NCBI GenBank assembly: GCA_963921275.4
Contig: OZ001293.3
Coordinates: 192,001-256,000, forward strand
Length of the DNA: 64,000 bases
Reading direction: 5' to 3'
From: an uncultured Hormoscilla sp.
Lineage (GTDB): Bacteria > Cyanobacteriota > Cyanobacteriia > Cyanobacteriales > Desertifilaceae
A program made the translations under genes and the position numbers. Below are positions 1-10,210 of this stretch, piece by piece. Below the pieces are notes generated by a model, which was given only the letters and a program-made list of their open reading frames with translations, searched no databases and had not been told where the DNA came from. Each line of letters begins with the position of its first letter. The stretch's first letter is position 1.

Positions 1-189
1 GCGCGAGCGCTTCTTCTGCGGTTTGGTGCGGTAAACCTGACGCCATTTCATATTCTTCATAACCCGCCGGTAGGTGGTAGCCGTTCGTAGTAAGGACTTT
101 AGTCCTTATCAGCCGGTAGAAAGAATTCAGCACCGTACTGTTAACTGTGCTATAGTAGATGAGAACAGTAATTACCCCAAGGCTGGAAA

Positions 190-770
190 ATGAACCCGAC
201 CGCATCAAGCAGATTACAATTGACTTCTGACTTAAACATATGCCGGATATTGAATGGCATGTGGCAAGTATCTGGTGCCCACGGAAAAATCTACCCCAAA
301 AAGGCGATCCAGAGTATGTTTGACTATATGGATGCAGGCTTCACGACCTGGGACTTGGCAGATCATTACGGTCCTGCGGAAGATTTTATTGGCGAGTTCC
401 GACGTCAACTGGTGGCCAAACGGGGTGAAGAGGCTTTATCCAACCTGCAAGCTTTTACGCAGTGGGTGCCCAGACCTGGTAAAATGACTAAGCAGCTGGT
501 GGAGAAGAATATTGATATCGGGCGCCAACGCATGGGAGTGGAGGCGATCGATCTAATGCAGTTCCACTGGTGGGAATATCGGGATGAAAATTACCTGGAC
601 GCCCTCAAGTATATGGCGGAACTGCAAAGTGAGGGGAAAATTAAGCATCTGGCCTTGACTAACTTTGATACGGAACACCTGCAAATTATTACCGATGCTG
701 GCATCAAAATTGTATCCAATCAGGTGCAGTTTTCTTTGGTTGATCGGCGTCCGTTAGTGAAGATGGTCCT
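190..770 (+). pseudogene. Aldo/keto reductase, N-terminal part (truncated)
   Basis: AKR motifs (RILNGMWQ, DLADHYG, IDLMQFHWW, GKIKHLALTNF, SNQVQFSLVDRRP); breaks at ~770 into repeat/IS DNA; C-terminal part lies at 19770-20087 on the minus strand. Confidence 0.85.
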
Positions 771-781
771 TCATTGAAGCG

Positions 782-840
782 GCGATATCTCTTGCGTGCC
801 GAGTCCCCTGGGACAAGAGCACGACAAGAGATATCGAAGG
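782..840. repeat. Short palindromic dispersed repeat (cgatatctcttg...caagagatatcg)
   Basis: Inverted arms; same architecture as the cgatgtctcccg...cgggagacatcg copies elsewhere in the window. Confidence 0.7.
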
Positions 841-844
841 GCGA

Positions 845-1026
845 TAACTCGAATCCATTGCAAGCCGTAGCCAGTGACTTCCGCCACGAAGGAAACTCTT
901 GTTTCCTTTGGCTAACAACCAGACAATCTGCCACTGAGAGCGCTCTACCGGGTCAGCGGCTTCTCGATAACGCTTGGACATCTCTTCTACAGAAATATGC
1001 TCTTTGATGCACAGATGCTTACCCAT
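845..1026 (-). mobile_element. IS630-like transposase N-terminal remnant
   Basis: MGKHLCIKEHISVEEMSKRYREAADPVERSQWQIVWLLAKG resembles the HTH start of cyanobacterial IS630 transposases, then degenerates. Confidence 0.6.
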
Positions 1027-1066
1027 AGTGAACAATAGATTGCAACTTACCTCTAAAAGCATATAT

Positions 1067-1234
1067 TAACTCAAGTTGCTACCTATAAAAATTGCGACCT
1101 CCCAGACAGCCATTTTGGTAAATTTATTCGCCAAAATGCCGTTTTGGGGTAAATCACAAGGTAATTTTGGCTGATTTTGGCTGATTTTGGCACTTTGCAA
1201 GGAGTTGAGGTTCTATAGGTAGCAACTTAGGTTA
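1067..1234. mobile_element. MITE-like element, ~168 bp
   Basis: 21-bp terminal inverted repeats taactcaagttgctacctata / tataggtagcaacttaggtta (2 mismatches), AT-rich flanks, no ORF. Confidence 0.65.
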
Positions 1235-1348
1235 TATTATACAACCGGATTTCCTATCATAAGTAGTGATTTTAATGTCTGAAACCCAGGGCGGACCGTA
1301 GTCGAATCACTACTTCTTGACTACTACCCAACCATCAACCATCAACCA

Positions 1349-1981
1349 TCAACTATACAGCTGGACGTATTCCCGAAATTTAGGGCCAAAATGTTTTAAG
1401 CAACGCTGATAAAAGGAACTTAAAGTCGAAATGCCAATGGAAAAATGAGCAGATATATCTTTCCAAGATTCTCCTTCAGCGCGGCGTTTGGCTATGGCCC
1501 GCAAGTTAGCGTCGGGCCGATCGCATATATACTTGGACTTAAACAATCCATCTGGGTCTTCATCCAGACAATTAATCACCAGAATGATCGGGGACATTTG
1601 CTTACTGTCATCGGCTAGTGTCTCATCTAGATAAGCTAACAGGGAATCATATTTTTTCTGTCCTATTCTATCCCAGTAGGGAGTATCTAAAGAAGTTTCA
1701 TACCAGGGGGTGTTGTAGCTATTAATCACGTCCAGAAACTTCTGGCGCAACAGAAAGTTAACCCAGTTCATGACCTTGCCTTTCCTAGGGTCGTAGTTGT
1801 CAATCTTGCGCCAGATATATAACCAGTTTTCCTGAAGGGCCTCGTCATAATTCTCTCGCCAAAAGTAATATTTATATTTATTGGGAACGTACAGGTCGCC
1901 AGAATTTTCCAGGGCCCGGATCAGGTTGGCAAAAGCCCGATCATGTTCGCGAGTGCCGGGTCGATGCCTTTGAATTTCCAA
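1349..1981 (-). CDS. Sigma-70/ECF-like RNA polymerase sigma factor
   Basis: Region 2-like segment (YDEALQENWLYIWRKIDNYDPRKGKVMNWVNFLLR) and C-terminal HTH (SWKDISAHFSIGISTLSSFYQRCL). Confidence 0.7.
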   Translation of the reverse strand: MEIQRHRPGTREHDRAFANLIRALENSGDLYVPNKYKYYFWRENYDEALQENWLYIWRKIDNYDPRKGKVMNWVNFLLRQKFLDVINSYNTPWYETSLDTPYWDRIGQKKYDSLLAYLDETLADDSKQMSPIILVINCLDEDPDGLFKSKYICDRPDANLRAIAKRRAEGESWKDISAHFSIGISTLSSFYQRCLKHFGPKFREYVQLYS

Positions 1982-2025
1982 TGCCAGGTGAATTAGCTGT
2001 TTTTGAGTAATCTGACCGTACTCTT

Positions 2026-2467
2026 CTACTGGTTCGGACTCTTCTGGCTCGGAAGTGGAAGCTGCTCGTGATGGCGAATTTCTTCAGCGTAGTTGTTACC
2101 TGGGTCGATATCTGCTATTAGCTCAGCTACTTGCTTTCGGAGTTCGGGCTCCTGACTCCAATATAGCAGTTTGGTGAGGGCGGATATCGCCTGTGAGTTG
2201 CCCGTACCAACTTTTTTCCAGCTTGACACCGCCAGGGAGAGAGTCTGACGATCGGGACTTCGATGCAGCAGCTCAGTTAATATCTGGAGAGCATCGGGGT
2301 TGCCTGGCTGGATTTGAGCTAAAGTGGTGGCAACTAAGCAATCAGTATAATCAGCCTGATCGGTTTGCAGCTGTCCGATCAGATATGCCTGAGCCTCCCA
2401 ACTATCACCAGCAATAGACCGCAGCTCGGCCACCGCAGACCAAAACTGATATTTTTGCCGATCGCGG
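2026..2467 (-). pseudogene. HEAT-repeat protein, C-terminal fragment
   Basis: Repeated LAQIQPGNPDAL / KVGTGNSQAI / IADIDPGN HEAT-like units; 5' part replaced by the IS607 end. Confidence 0.6.
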
Positions 2468-2502
2468 CTGAATAAATCAATCATAGCACCAAGCAGATAC
2501 AT

Positions 2503-4194
2503 TTAACCCGAAAAAATCTTGTAATTGCCGGAAATTTCTGAGTATGGCACAATCTGGAATGAAGCTATCAGGCCAGATGCGGAGGTATCTCTCAAAGCCT
2601 TCAACAAAATGTTGAAAGCGCCATTAATATCACGACTAATAGTGTGACCACATGAGGGACAAATAAATCGTTTGTTGCCTCCTAACTTTATGTGAATGTG
2701 CCCACATTTTGAGCAAGTTTTGCTGGTGTACTCTTCCGTCACGTCTACTACAACACAGCCGTATTTAGCTGCTTGATGCTTCAACGTTTGCTTAAAACGG
2801 TAATGAGACCATGTAACCATTTTACGTGCTGTCTTAGTTGACAACCGTCGCTTGCCTCGTTTGACCATATTTTTAACCTCAAATGTAGGCAAAAATATGA
2901 CTTTGTACTTGGTGCATAGATAGTTGGCTGCTTTCTTATGCAGTTCATCAACCAAGTTACGAATCTTAACCCGAATCTTTTGTGCCGCCTTTCGCAGGCA
3001 GTGCCGTAGCCGCTTAAATTGGCGTCCTTTAGATAAGCCGATTCGAGACATTAGCCGATCGAGATGACTGGCTAACCGATAGATACGACCCATATCAGAC
3101 TTGCCAACCTCCCAAATTTCTTGACCGTCAAACCCAGTTAGAAATGTCCTGACACCTGGATCAAGGGCGATGGCTAGCTCACTGTTTAATGGTTCCAGTT
3201 TAGGCACGTCTATGGCATAACAGATAAACCAACGTCCTCTGTCTAGTACCAATGTAGGCTCATGGTGCATTTTGTCTATAATTGGCTCACTTGCTTTGAA
3301 CCTTAATCCTTTGGTCTGTGTTGGATAAAAATTTCCTTTTTTCCAGTTATTTTTCTGAAACCGGATAGACTTAACAGATTCACGTACTGAGCGAAATTTA
3401 GCATCTTCTCCTGATTTTCTTGCTGCTTTGTGTGCCTCATAAGCCTGAAATACCGCCAATTGGCGTGGGCTATATGGGGTTTGACTTACCCAAGATGGAG
3501 CCATATCCATGACCGTTTTGCGTAGGTCATATTTGCCAATCTTCTGATTTTTGAGTATAGCAATGGCTTGATTGAAGCACCATCTGGCTGCTGATATCCA
3601 TTGAAACCAGGTTTTAGCTAATGCCGTTTCTGGGTAAACTCGAATCTTCTTTGATAGCAGATTTGTACTTCCTGAGTCCATAGAGTCTGCAACTGAAGAC
3701 ATGGACGATGGCAAGGATATCCTCAACCATTTCTCGTTCTGGAGATAGGTCACTTCGGTTGAGAACCACGAGTTGGCAATCTTTTTGTTGACAGAGCCAC
3801 TCGATAAGGTCAAGTCCAAACCTGACAAGTCTGTCTTTGTGGCAGACCACAACTTCTTTGACATCTCCTGACATGACTTGTCCCAGAATGGATAAAAACC
3901 CTTTGCGTTTGTAGTTGAGTCCTGATCCGATTTCCTTGACAAGTTTTCCGTCTGTGAACAAGGATTGCAAATAGTCGGCTTGCCGTTCAAGGTCTGACTT
4001 TTGCTTATATGAACTGACTCTGGCGTAGAGGATTCTGATTCTTGGGGAGCCGTCTGGATTAATGACGGAGTCGATGTCGTATCGTCGATGACCAGCGGGA
4101 GTTCTAATTGTCTGTATTTTTCCGTCTCTATCCCAGTTTCGGAGTGTTTTTTCCGAGACCTGAAGGACTTGTGACGCTTCTCTCGGTGTGGCAT
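2503..4194 (-). CDS. tnpB: TnpB RNA-guided nuclease of IS607 (true start uncertain)
   Basis: RuvC-I ALDPGVRTF, RuvC-II/Zn VTEEYTSKTCSKCG...CPSCG, RuvC-III RDINGAFNILLK; the frame stays open through nearly all of tnpA. Confidence 0.9.
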   Translation of the reverse strand: MPHREKRHKSFRSRKKHSETGIETEKYRQLELPLVIDDTTSTPSLIQTAPQESESSTPESVHISKSQTLNGKPTICNPCSQTENLSRKSDQDSTTNAKGFYPFWDKSCQEMSKKLWSATKTDLSGLDLTLSSGSVNKKIANSWFSTEVTYLQNEKWLRISLPSSMSSVADSMDSGSTNLLSKKIRVYPETALAKTWFQWISAARWCFNQAIAILKNQKIGKYDLRKTVMDMAPSWVSQTPYSPRQLAVFQAYEAHKAARKSGEDAKFRSVRESVKSIRFQKNNWKKGNFYPTQTKGLRFKASEPIIDKMHHEPTLVLDRGRWFICYAIDVPKLEPLNSELAIALDPGVRTFLTGFDGQEIWEVGKSDMGRIYRLASHLDRLMSRIGLSKGRQFKRLRHCLRKAAQKIRVKIRNLVDELHKKAANYLCTKYKVIFLPTFEVKNMVKRGKRRLSTKTARKMVTWSHYRFKQTLKHQAAKYGCVVVDVTEEYTSKTCSKCGHIHIKLGGNKRFICPSCGHTISRDINGAFNILLKALRDTSASGLIASFQIVPYSEISGNYKIFSG

Positions 4195-4201
4195 ATCTCA
4201 T
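3614..4201 (-). CDS. tnpA: IS607 serine recombinase transposase
   Basis: N-terminal MerR-like HTH (VSEKTLRNWD...RTPAGHRRY), catalytic YARVSS, EIGSGLN, KDRLVRFG. Confidence 0.95.
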   Translation of the reverse strand: MRYATPREASQVLQVSEKTLRNWDRDGKIQTIRTPAGHRRYDIDSVINPDGSPRIRILYARVSSYKQKSDLERQADYLQSLFTDGKLVKEIGSGLNYKRKGFLSILGQVMSGDVKEVVVCHKDRLVRFGLDLIEWLCQQKDCQLVVLNRSDLSPEREMVEDILAIVHVFSCRLYGLRKYKSAIKEDSSLPRNGIS

Positions 4202-4299
4202 GATGTTTTTGTTTGCACTATCAATATTATACCACGCGCGAGAATATATTTCCGGAAAAATATATAAAATTCCTGAAAATCATACTTTAGTTATCAACA

Positions 4300-4466
4300 C
4301 CCAACGCTGTCAGGAAGATCAGGGTATCTGGAAGCAGTGGCTAGCTGGCTATCGCTGGGTGTATAACTGGACAGTGGCCCAACGGCGGCAGGATGCCAGA
4401 TCCGGAGCCTACAGCCTTCAAACTAAGTGCCGAGTCAGCAATCGCCCTGAGTGGGTGCGGGTGTGG
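4300..4466 (+). pseudogene. Remnant of a second tnpB N-terminus
   Basis: IWKQWLAGYRWVYNWTVA aligns by eye with TWFQWISAARWCFNQAIA of the adjacent TnpB. Confidence 0.5.
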
Positions 4467-4594
4467 CCAAAAGTAGTTGATAGAGTAGAGGAGAAAAGCT
4501 GTCCCCTTGGGTCAATTATGATAATCATTACGCGATGTGCAACTTTCTACGGAAGAATAAAGGCGAGACGCCCGCCCTACACGCTGCGCTTCCT

Positions 4595-4999
4595 CTACAG
4601 ATTGATAGAAATCGCTTGGACGGGACAGGCGGGAATGCATTGCTCGCAGACGATACAGCGCGATCGGGTGAAGGTGAGGCGCCCGCTGTCCGGGTCAAGT
4701 TTGAGGGCCTGGGTGGGACAGACGCCGGTGCAAAGTCCGCAATGGACACAGCTGTCTTCATCAATCAAAATCTCGCTTTTGGCCAGGGAGACGCTGATGT
4801 CCTGGGCGTGCATCCACTCGATCGCCGCTTCCAGTTCGTCGATGTCACCGGAGAGTTCCAAAACCAAGACCCCAATTTGATTGGGTGCTACCTGGGCCCG
4901 GATGATATTTGCTGCCACGTTAAAATCTTTAGCCAGTCGATAGGTAACCGGCATGCGCACAGCACTGCGCGGAAAAGTTAGCCTTACCCGTTTCTTCAT
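4595..4999 (-). CDS. NIL domain + 4Fe-4S ferredoxin protein
   Basis: NIL-like N-terminus (VAANIIRAQV) and two CxxCxxCxxxCP motifs. Confidence 0.9.
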   Translation of the reverse strand: MKKRVRLTFPRSAVRMPVTYRLAKDFNVAANIIRAQVAPNQIGVLVLELSGDIDELEAAIEWMHAQDISVSLAKSEILIDEDSCVHCGLCTGVCPTQALKLDPDSGRLTFTRSRCIVCEQCIPACPVQAISINL

Positions 5000-5055
5000 A
5001 CCTGTTATTATCTAAGAACTGTGCAATTGCCAACAAATATCATAGTTGTGCCCAG

Positions 5056-5646
5056 ATGACTTCAAATAATCCTGAATCTAAAACTACAGAACAATCCCCA
5101 GCTGCCATCCGGGTGAGAAATTTCTTGGTGGCGGTGGCGGCGATCGCCTTAACGGTTGCTATTTTCTTGGGTTTGCAAATCCAGAACCCTTCTACTTCCC
5201 TGACGGAGATAGCGGAAGCATCCACGCCTTACGCAGTCGCCAAAACCAATGGCAAACCAACCCTGCTAGAATTTTATGCCAATTGGTGTACAAGCTGTCA
5301 GGGAATGGTATCGGACATGGCAGCACTGAAACAGCAGTACGATGAACCGCTGAATTTCGTGATGCTGAATGTAGACAATAGCAAATGGTTGCCAGAACTG
5401 GTAGAGTATCGCGTGGATGGGATTCCCCATTTTGTGTTTTTGAACGATCGAGCAGAGGCGATCGCCCAAACCATCGGCGAACAACCCCGCAGCGTCATGG
5501 AAGAGAACATCAAAGCCCTCATTGCTGGTAGATCCCTGCCCTACGCCCAAACTACGGGTCAGTTTTCCAGCTTTTCAGCCCCGGTGGCACCCGCAAAAGC
5601 CAGTGCCACTGACCCCCGCAGTCACGGCGGCCTTCCCCAGGGCTGA
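5056..5646 (+). CDS. txlA: Thioredoxin-like membrane protein TxlA
   Basis: TM helix then FYANWCTSC and VDGIPHFVF. Confidence 0.85.
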   Translation: MTSNNPESKTTEQSPAAIRVRNFLVAVAAIALTVAIFLGLQIQNPSTSLTEIAEASTPYAVAKTNGKPTLLEFYANWCTSCQGMVSDMAALKQQYDEPLNFVMLNVDNSKWLPELVEYRVDGIPHFVFLNDRAEAIAQTIGEQPRSVMEENIKALIAGRSLPYAQTTGQFSSFSAPVAPAKASATDPRSHGGLPQG

Positions 5647-5737
5647 CTTTTTCGGCGTCTTCCGCGTACTCTTGTCCTGAAGGACGCGGTACGCTCCAGA
5701 CACCGCGTTGACATTCGACCAAAACAATGATAGATAG

Positions 5738-7518
5738 ATGTTAGCTAGATTGCCATCGCCCTTCCGGTTATTTAAGTCTCGCTTGTCTCAGGGAATAGTC
5801 GCTTGGGTTTCACCAGCATTCTGACGATCGAGGTGATTATTTTCATCCCTTCCTATCGCCAACGGGAAGCAGATCTGCTATTGCAGCTAGAAGATGTCTC
5901 TTCGGAAGTGATTGCCTCAACTGTAGACATGATAAAAACAGGCAGGGCCTCAGCAGAAATTATAGGGACGATCGCCAATTCGCGGAAGCCAGATTCGATA
6001 ATTTTGGGAGGGGCACTTTACCAGGGTAACAGACAGCAGATCGGGACATTTGGAGAGTTGCCCGAAATTGAGATGGCTCCCATGAAGGGCGATGGGATAT
6101 TGCGTCAGCAAAGTCCGGATGGCGATCGCTACGATGTGGCCTGGTTAATTGGGGCTTCGCCAGGAGAAAAGTACATCCTGGCGATCCGTCACGACTCGTC
6201 GGGGATTAAACCAGAATTGTACGCCTTCACGGGACGTATTGCTGGCCTAGTGCTACTGATATCGGCTTTTGTTACTGTCGTCACGATGGTGGTTTTGGGA
6301 GTAACGGTGATTACTCCCATTCTCGGACTCCGAGATGACCTCATAGCTGCCGATTTAGCCACAAGCAACCAGCAAGTTAATATTGATTTCTACTCGCAAA
6401 AGGTAAAGCGATCGGATGAGTTAGGAGAGGTGATGAAAGCTTTCAATCAGATGTTCCAACATATTCATCAGGAAATAGGCGATCGCATTGGGGCGGAAGC
6501 AGAAGTGCGCAAGCTAAATGCGGAACTGGAACAATGGGTGCAACAACTAGAAACAGAGATTAACGAACGCCAACGGGTAGAGACGGCTCTGCGTCAGTCA
6601 GAAAAGGAATTGCTCCAGCAAACTTAGCGGCTGGAGTTAACTCTAAATCAACTTAAGAATACCCAGGCGCAGTTGGTGCAAACTGAGAAGATGTCTAGTC
6701 TAGGTCAACTGGTAGCGGGGGTAGCTCATGAAATCAACAATCCGATCAATTTTGTTTACGGCAATATTGCCTATGCTAATCAATATACTAAGGATCTGCT
6801 GGATCTGCTGTCTCTCTACCAGGAAAAATTTCCCGCTCCGGGAGAAGAAATTTTGGCGGTTGCAGAGGAGATGGATATAAAATTTCTCAGGGAAGACTTA
6901 GCCAGAATGCTGAATTCGATGCAGGAGGAGTCCGAGCGCGTTCGCGATATTGTGCTCTCCCTGCGGAACTTCTCTCGCCTGGATGAATCAGATTTGAAAC
7001 AAGTTGACATTCACGAGGGGATTGACAGCACGATGTTGATTTTAAAATACCGTTTGCAGTCGGAATTTGCTGAGATTGAGATCGATAAAAAGTATGGAAA
7101 TTTGCCTTTGGTGGAATGCTATCCCGGACAACTGAACCAAGTATTTATGAATATTTTAATTAATTCGATTGAGGCTTTTTCAGCAGAGGAAAAAGAATCT
7201 TCAGAAATTAGTCAGAGGACCAGGAGAATTATCATCCGCACTCGACATAATGAGCAAAAAGCGGTAGTGCGAATCATCGACAATGGACCGGGAATGTCCC
7301 CAGAAGTCAGAAAGAGACTGTTTGACCCTTTTTTCACTACCAAACCAGTGGGGAAGGGAACGGGGTTAGGACTTTCGATCGGCTACCAAATTGTAGTAGA
7401 AAAGCATGGGGGAGTATTGCAATGTTTCTCAGAACCAGGGAAAGGAGCGGAGTTTTGGATTGAAATTCCTCTGAGTCAAAGTCAGAGAAGATCCGGACTT
7501 AACCAGAGACAAGTGTGA
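5738..7518 (+). pseudogene. HAMP + HisKA + HATPase sensor histidine kinase, disrupted
   Basis: HAMP (RSDELGEVMKAFN), H-box VAHEINNP, GTGLGL; apparent frameshift near 5810 and in-frame TAG at 6625-6627. Confidence 0.8.
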
Positions 7519-7641
7519 AAGCATGTCAGAGAATGGAAAATGGAGAATTGAATAGCAATTGAAACGCGATCGAGTCCTAGTGGTAGGATAGGTAAAGGTA
7601 AAAAAAAGAATGTTTGAGTTGGTTAACAATTGATAGCAAGT

Positions 7642-8502
7642 ATGAACAATAATCCTAACCAAGCGCAAGTACCAAGTGCAGATGAACATCAGAAAGCCAA
7701 AGGTCGTTTTCCTCTGGGAATTGCTCTAACATTTACCCTATTGGGGGCCTTGGGAAGCCTGGCAATTTTTTCCCCATTGGTGTTCAAGGGGCGAGAAGTG
7801 CAAACGGCAAATATCGGCGATCGCGCCGTGGTAGACCTCACCCATATCATGCACGATGATATGCCTTTCTGGCCTGGGGGAGTGCCCTTCACTAAAACCG
7901 TGCTAGTGGATTACGATAAAGGCTATCTATTGCATAAATTTGAAATGGGTGAAAACACGGGCACTCATATTGATGCCCCCGCTCACTTTATCAAAGGAAA
8001 TCGGTCGATCGATCGCATCCCCATCTCAGAATTGATTGTTCCCGCCGTGACGATCGACATCCAAGACAAGGTGGCGAATAATCCTGACTATCAGCTATCA
8101 GCTGCCGATGTCATCGCGTGGGAAGCAAAGCACGGTCAAATTCCGGCAGGTTCCCTGATGATTTTGAACACGGGTTGGCACAAACGCTTTGACAATCCCC
8201 AGGCGTATATTAATATGGACAGTAACAAAGTGATGCATTTTCCCGGTTTTGGTGCCGATAGTGCTAAACTGCTAGTAGAGCGAGATGTGGTGGGAATCGG
8301 AATTGATACCCTCAGTCTAGATTATGGTGGCTCGTCGGATTTTGCTACCCACGGGATTATGCTCAAGGAAAACAAATACCAGATTGAAAATATGGCGAAT
8401 TTGGATGCTCTTCTCCCCACAGGCGCAACGGTGATTATTGGCGTCCTCCCAGTTAAGGGGGGTTCCCAGGCACAAGCACGCATTTTTGCTATTCTACCTT
8501 GA
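7642..8502 (+). CDS. Cyclase family (kynurenine formamidase-like) metal hydrolase
   Basis: ENTGTHIDAPAH, HFPGF, GIDTLSLD, IENMANL motifs; N-terminal TM. Confidence 0.85.
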   Translation: MNNNPNQAQVPSADEHQKAKGRFPLGIALTFTLLGALGSLAIFSPLVFKGREVQTANIGDRAVVDLTHIMHDDMPFWPGGVPFTKTVLVDYDKGYLLHKFEMGENTGTHIDAPAHFIKGNRSIDRIPISELIVPAVTIDIQDKVANNPDYQLSAADVIAWEAKHGQIPAGSLMILNTGWHKRFDNPQAYINMDSNKVMHFPGFGADSAKLLVERDVVGIGIDTLSLDYGGSSDFATHGIMLKENKYQIENMANLDALLPTGATVIIGVLPVKGGSQAQARIFAILP

Positions 8503-8541
8503 TGGTCCCAGTCCTATTGAAATGCAAGGAGTCATAGGAAA

Positions 8542-9048
8542 ATGTTTTGGAGACAAAATAGATCGTCTCGGCGGCAGATATTGCCCCTAGGGGCGATCGC
8601 CCTGTTGCTTGCTGTTAGCTGTGGGAGGGGCGATCGCCATCAAAGTAGCATGGTGGCGGAAAAATCGACAGCACCCGTGACGCGGGAGGTTCTGGCCCAG
8701 GGAAAACCGGGGGGCGAACCCTGCCGAGTGCTCGAACTCGTGCGCTATACTATTGCAGCAGGTGTCAAGCTGCCACCTCACACTCATCCGGGAATGCAGA
8801 TAGGAACAGTTAAGTCCGGAGTGCTCACTTACCAGGTGGTGGAAGAAGAATCAAAAATTACTCGGGGGAAAGATGGGTCGGTTGAAACTCTCAGATCTGG
8901 AGCACAAACCAAACTGTATGCAGGAGATTCCCTGGTAGAACCAGAAGCAATGGTGCATTTTGGTCAAAATGATGGGTCTGAACCCTTAGTCATCCTCACG
9001 TCGTCGTTGTTCGCCTGCGATCGACCTCCCAGTCAGATATTGGAGTAA
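8542..9048 (+). CDS. Cupin domain lipoprotein
   Basis: Lipobox-like LAVSC; LPPHTHPG...VHFG cupin motifs. Confidence 0.75.
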   Translation: MFWRQNRSSRRQILPLGAIALLLAVSCGRGDRHQSSMVAEKSTAPVTREVLAQGKPGGEPCRVLELVRYTIAAGVKLPPHTHPGMQIGTVKSGVLTYQVVEEESKITRGKDGSVETLRSGAQTKLYAGDSLVEPEAMVHFGQNDGSEPLVILTSSLFACDRPPSQILE

Positions 9049-9073
9049 AGTCAATCCCTAAGAAGTGAAAGTT

Positions 9074-10049
9074 ATGACAGAACCCCCCAATAATGAATTC
9101 AGAGAATTTGAATATCAGGGCTGGCAAAAATCAGCCCAGCAATATCATGCGTTTTTTGGTTCTTTAACTAATCAAACGATTGAGACTCTGCTGGATGCAG
9201 TAAATGCACGATCGGGTACAAAATTACTTGATATTGCCACTGGTCCTGGCTATGTAGCCGCTTAGGCCCAAGACCGCCAATGTCAGGCGATCGGGTTAGA
9301 TTTTTCGGAAGCGATGCTAGCTAAAACCCGCGAACTGCATCCGGAAATTGAATTCGTGCAAGGGGGCGCGGAATTTTTGCCCTTTGAGGATTCTCAATTT
9401 GATGCAGTGGTGATGAATTTTGGGATCTTGCATCTAGCTGAACCCGATCGGGCGATCGCGGAAGCCTTTCGGGTAATCCGTTCGGGAGGGAAATATGCTT
9501 TCACTGTTTGGAAAGATTTGCAACAATCGATCGGCATAAAGATCGTTCACGAAGCAATTCAAGGCTGTGCTTACTAGAGTTACTGCTGCCAGAGCCCCCC
9601 CTCCCAATGACACCAACAATGCAATAAAGCGCAAGTCGTATCCCTTACGGGACGCGCAGCGCAATCCCTTTCAAAGTATAATCCATTTTAACTCGATCTA
9701 CCTGGACTTCAGGTCGGCCCATGGGAATTTCACGGTAAGTCTTCCGGAAGGACCGCCATTTTTTTATTATAGCGACCCCAACAACTGCATGGAAGCCTTG
9801 CAAAAGGCAGGATTTGTAAATCAGATGGTGCAGGAAATGCAGCTAAGTTGGGAAATAGAGAGTGCAGAGGAATTGTTTGACGCTTTTGCTGAAGGGACAG
9901 GAAGAACGGGTGGTTTTCTGCGCAGACAAACAGAGGAATGTCTGGCAAAAATTCGGGAAGCGGTTCGTCAGGCTGCATCAAAATATATGCAAAATAACCA
10001 CCTGGTTTTACCGATGGCAGCTTTAGTGGCCTCTGCTGAAAAATTGTGA
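9074..10049 (+). pseudogene. Class I SAM methyltransferase, disrupted
   Basis: LLDIATGPG motif I; in-frame TAG at 9263-9265; ~150-bp insertion at ~9563-9714 between EAIQ and AHGNF. Confidence 0.8.
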
Positions 10050-10062
10050 GTCAAAGGTACTC

Positions 10063-10140
10063 GGGTGCATCTCAGTTTTGCAAGCTGGCCCGCGCAGACG
10101 GGCTTTGTTCCTGTAGCCGGACCCTTTAGGGTTCGGCGGG
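10063..10140 (+). repeat. MITE end (GGGTGCATCTCA) followed by a GTAG-type REP
   Basis: Same TIR as 16110 and 54350; gcccgcgcagacgggctttg..GTAG+hairpin like the 50226-50690 REPs. Confidence 0.6.
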
Positions 10141-10210
10141 GGTGGTATTAGACTACAAGTCATTTTCAGTAGCGCGTGCAAAAAATAGCATCATCCTCTG
10201 TGCAACTTTT

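Larger units (their letters stand above)
2468..4280 (-). mobile_element. IS607-family element (ends approximate)
   Basis: Serine recombinase gene plus tnpB in the same orientation; interrupts a HEAT gene. Confidence 0.85.

Noticed and set aside
4535..4981. 148-aa plus-strand ORF
   Set aside because: Antisense shadow of the NIL-ferredoxin gene.
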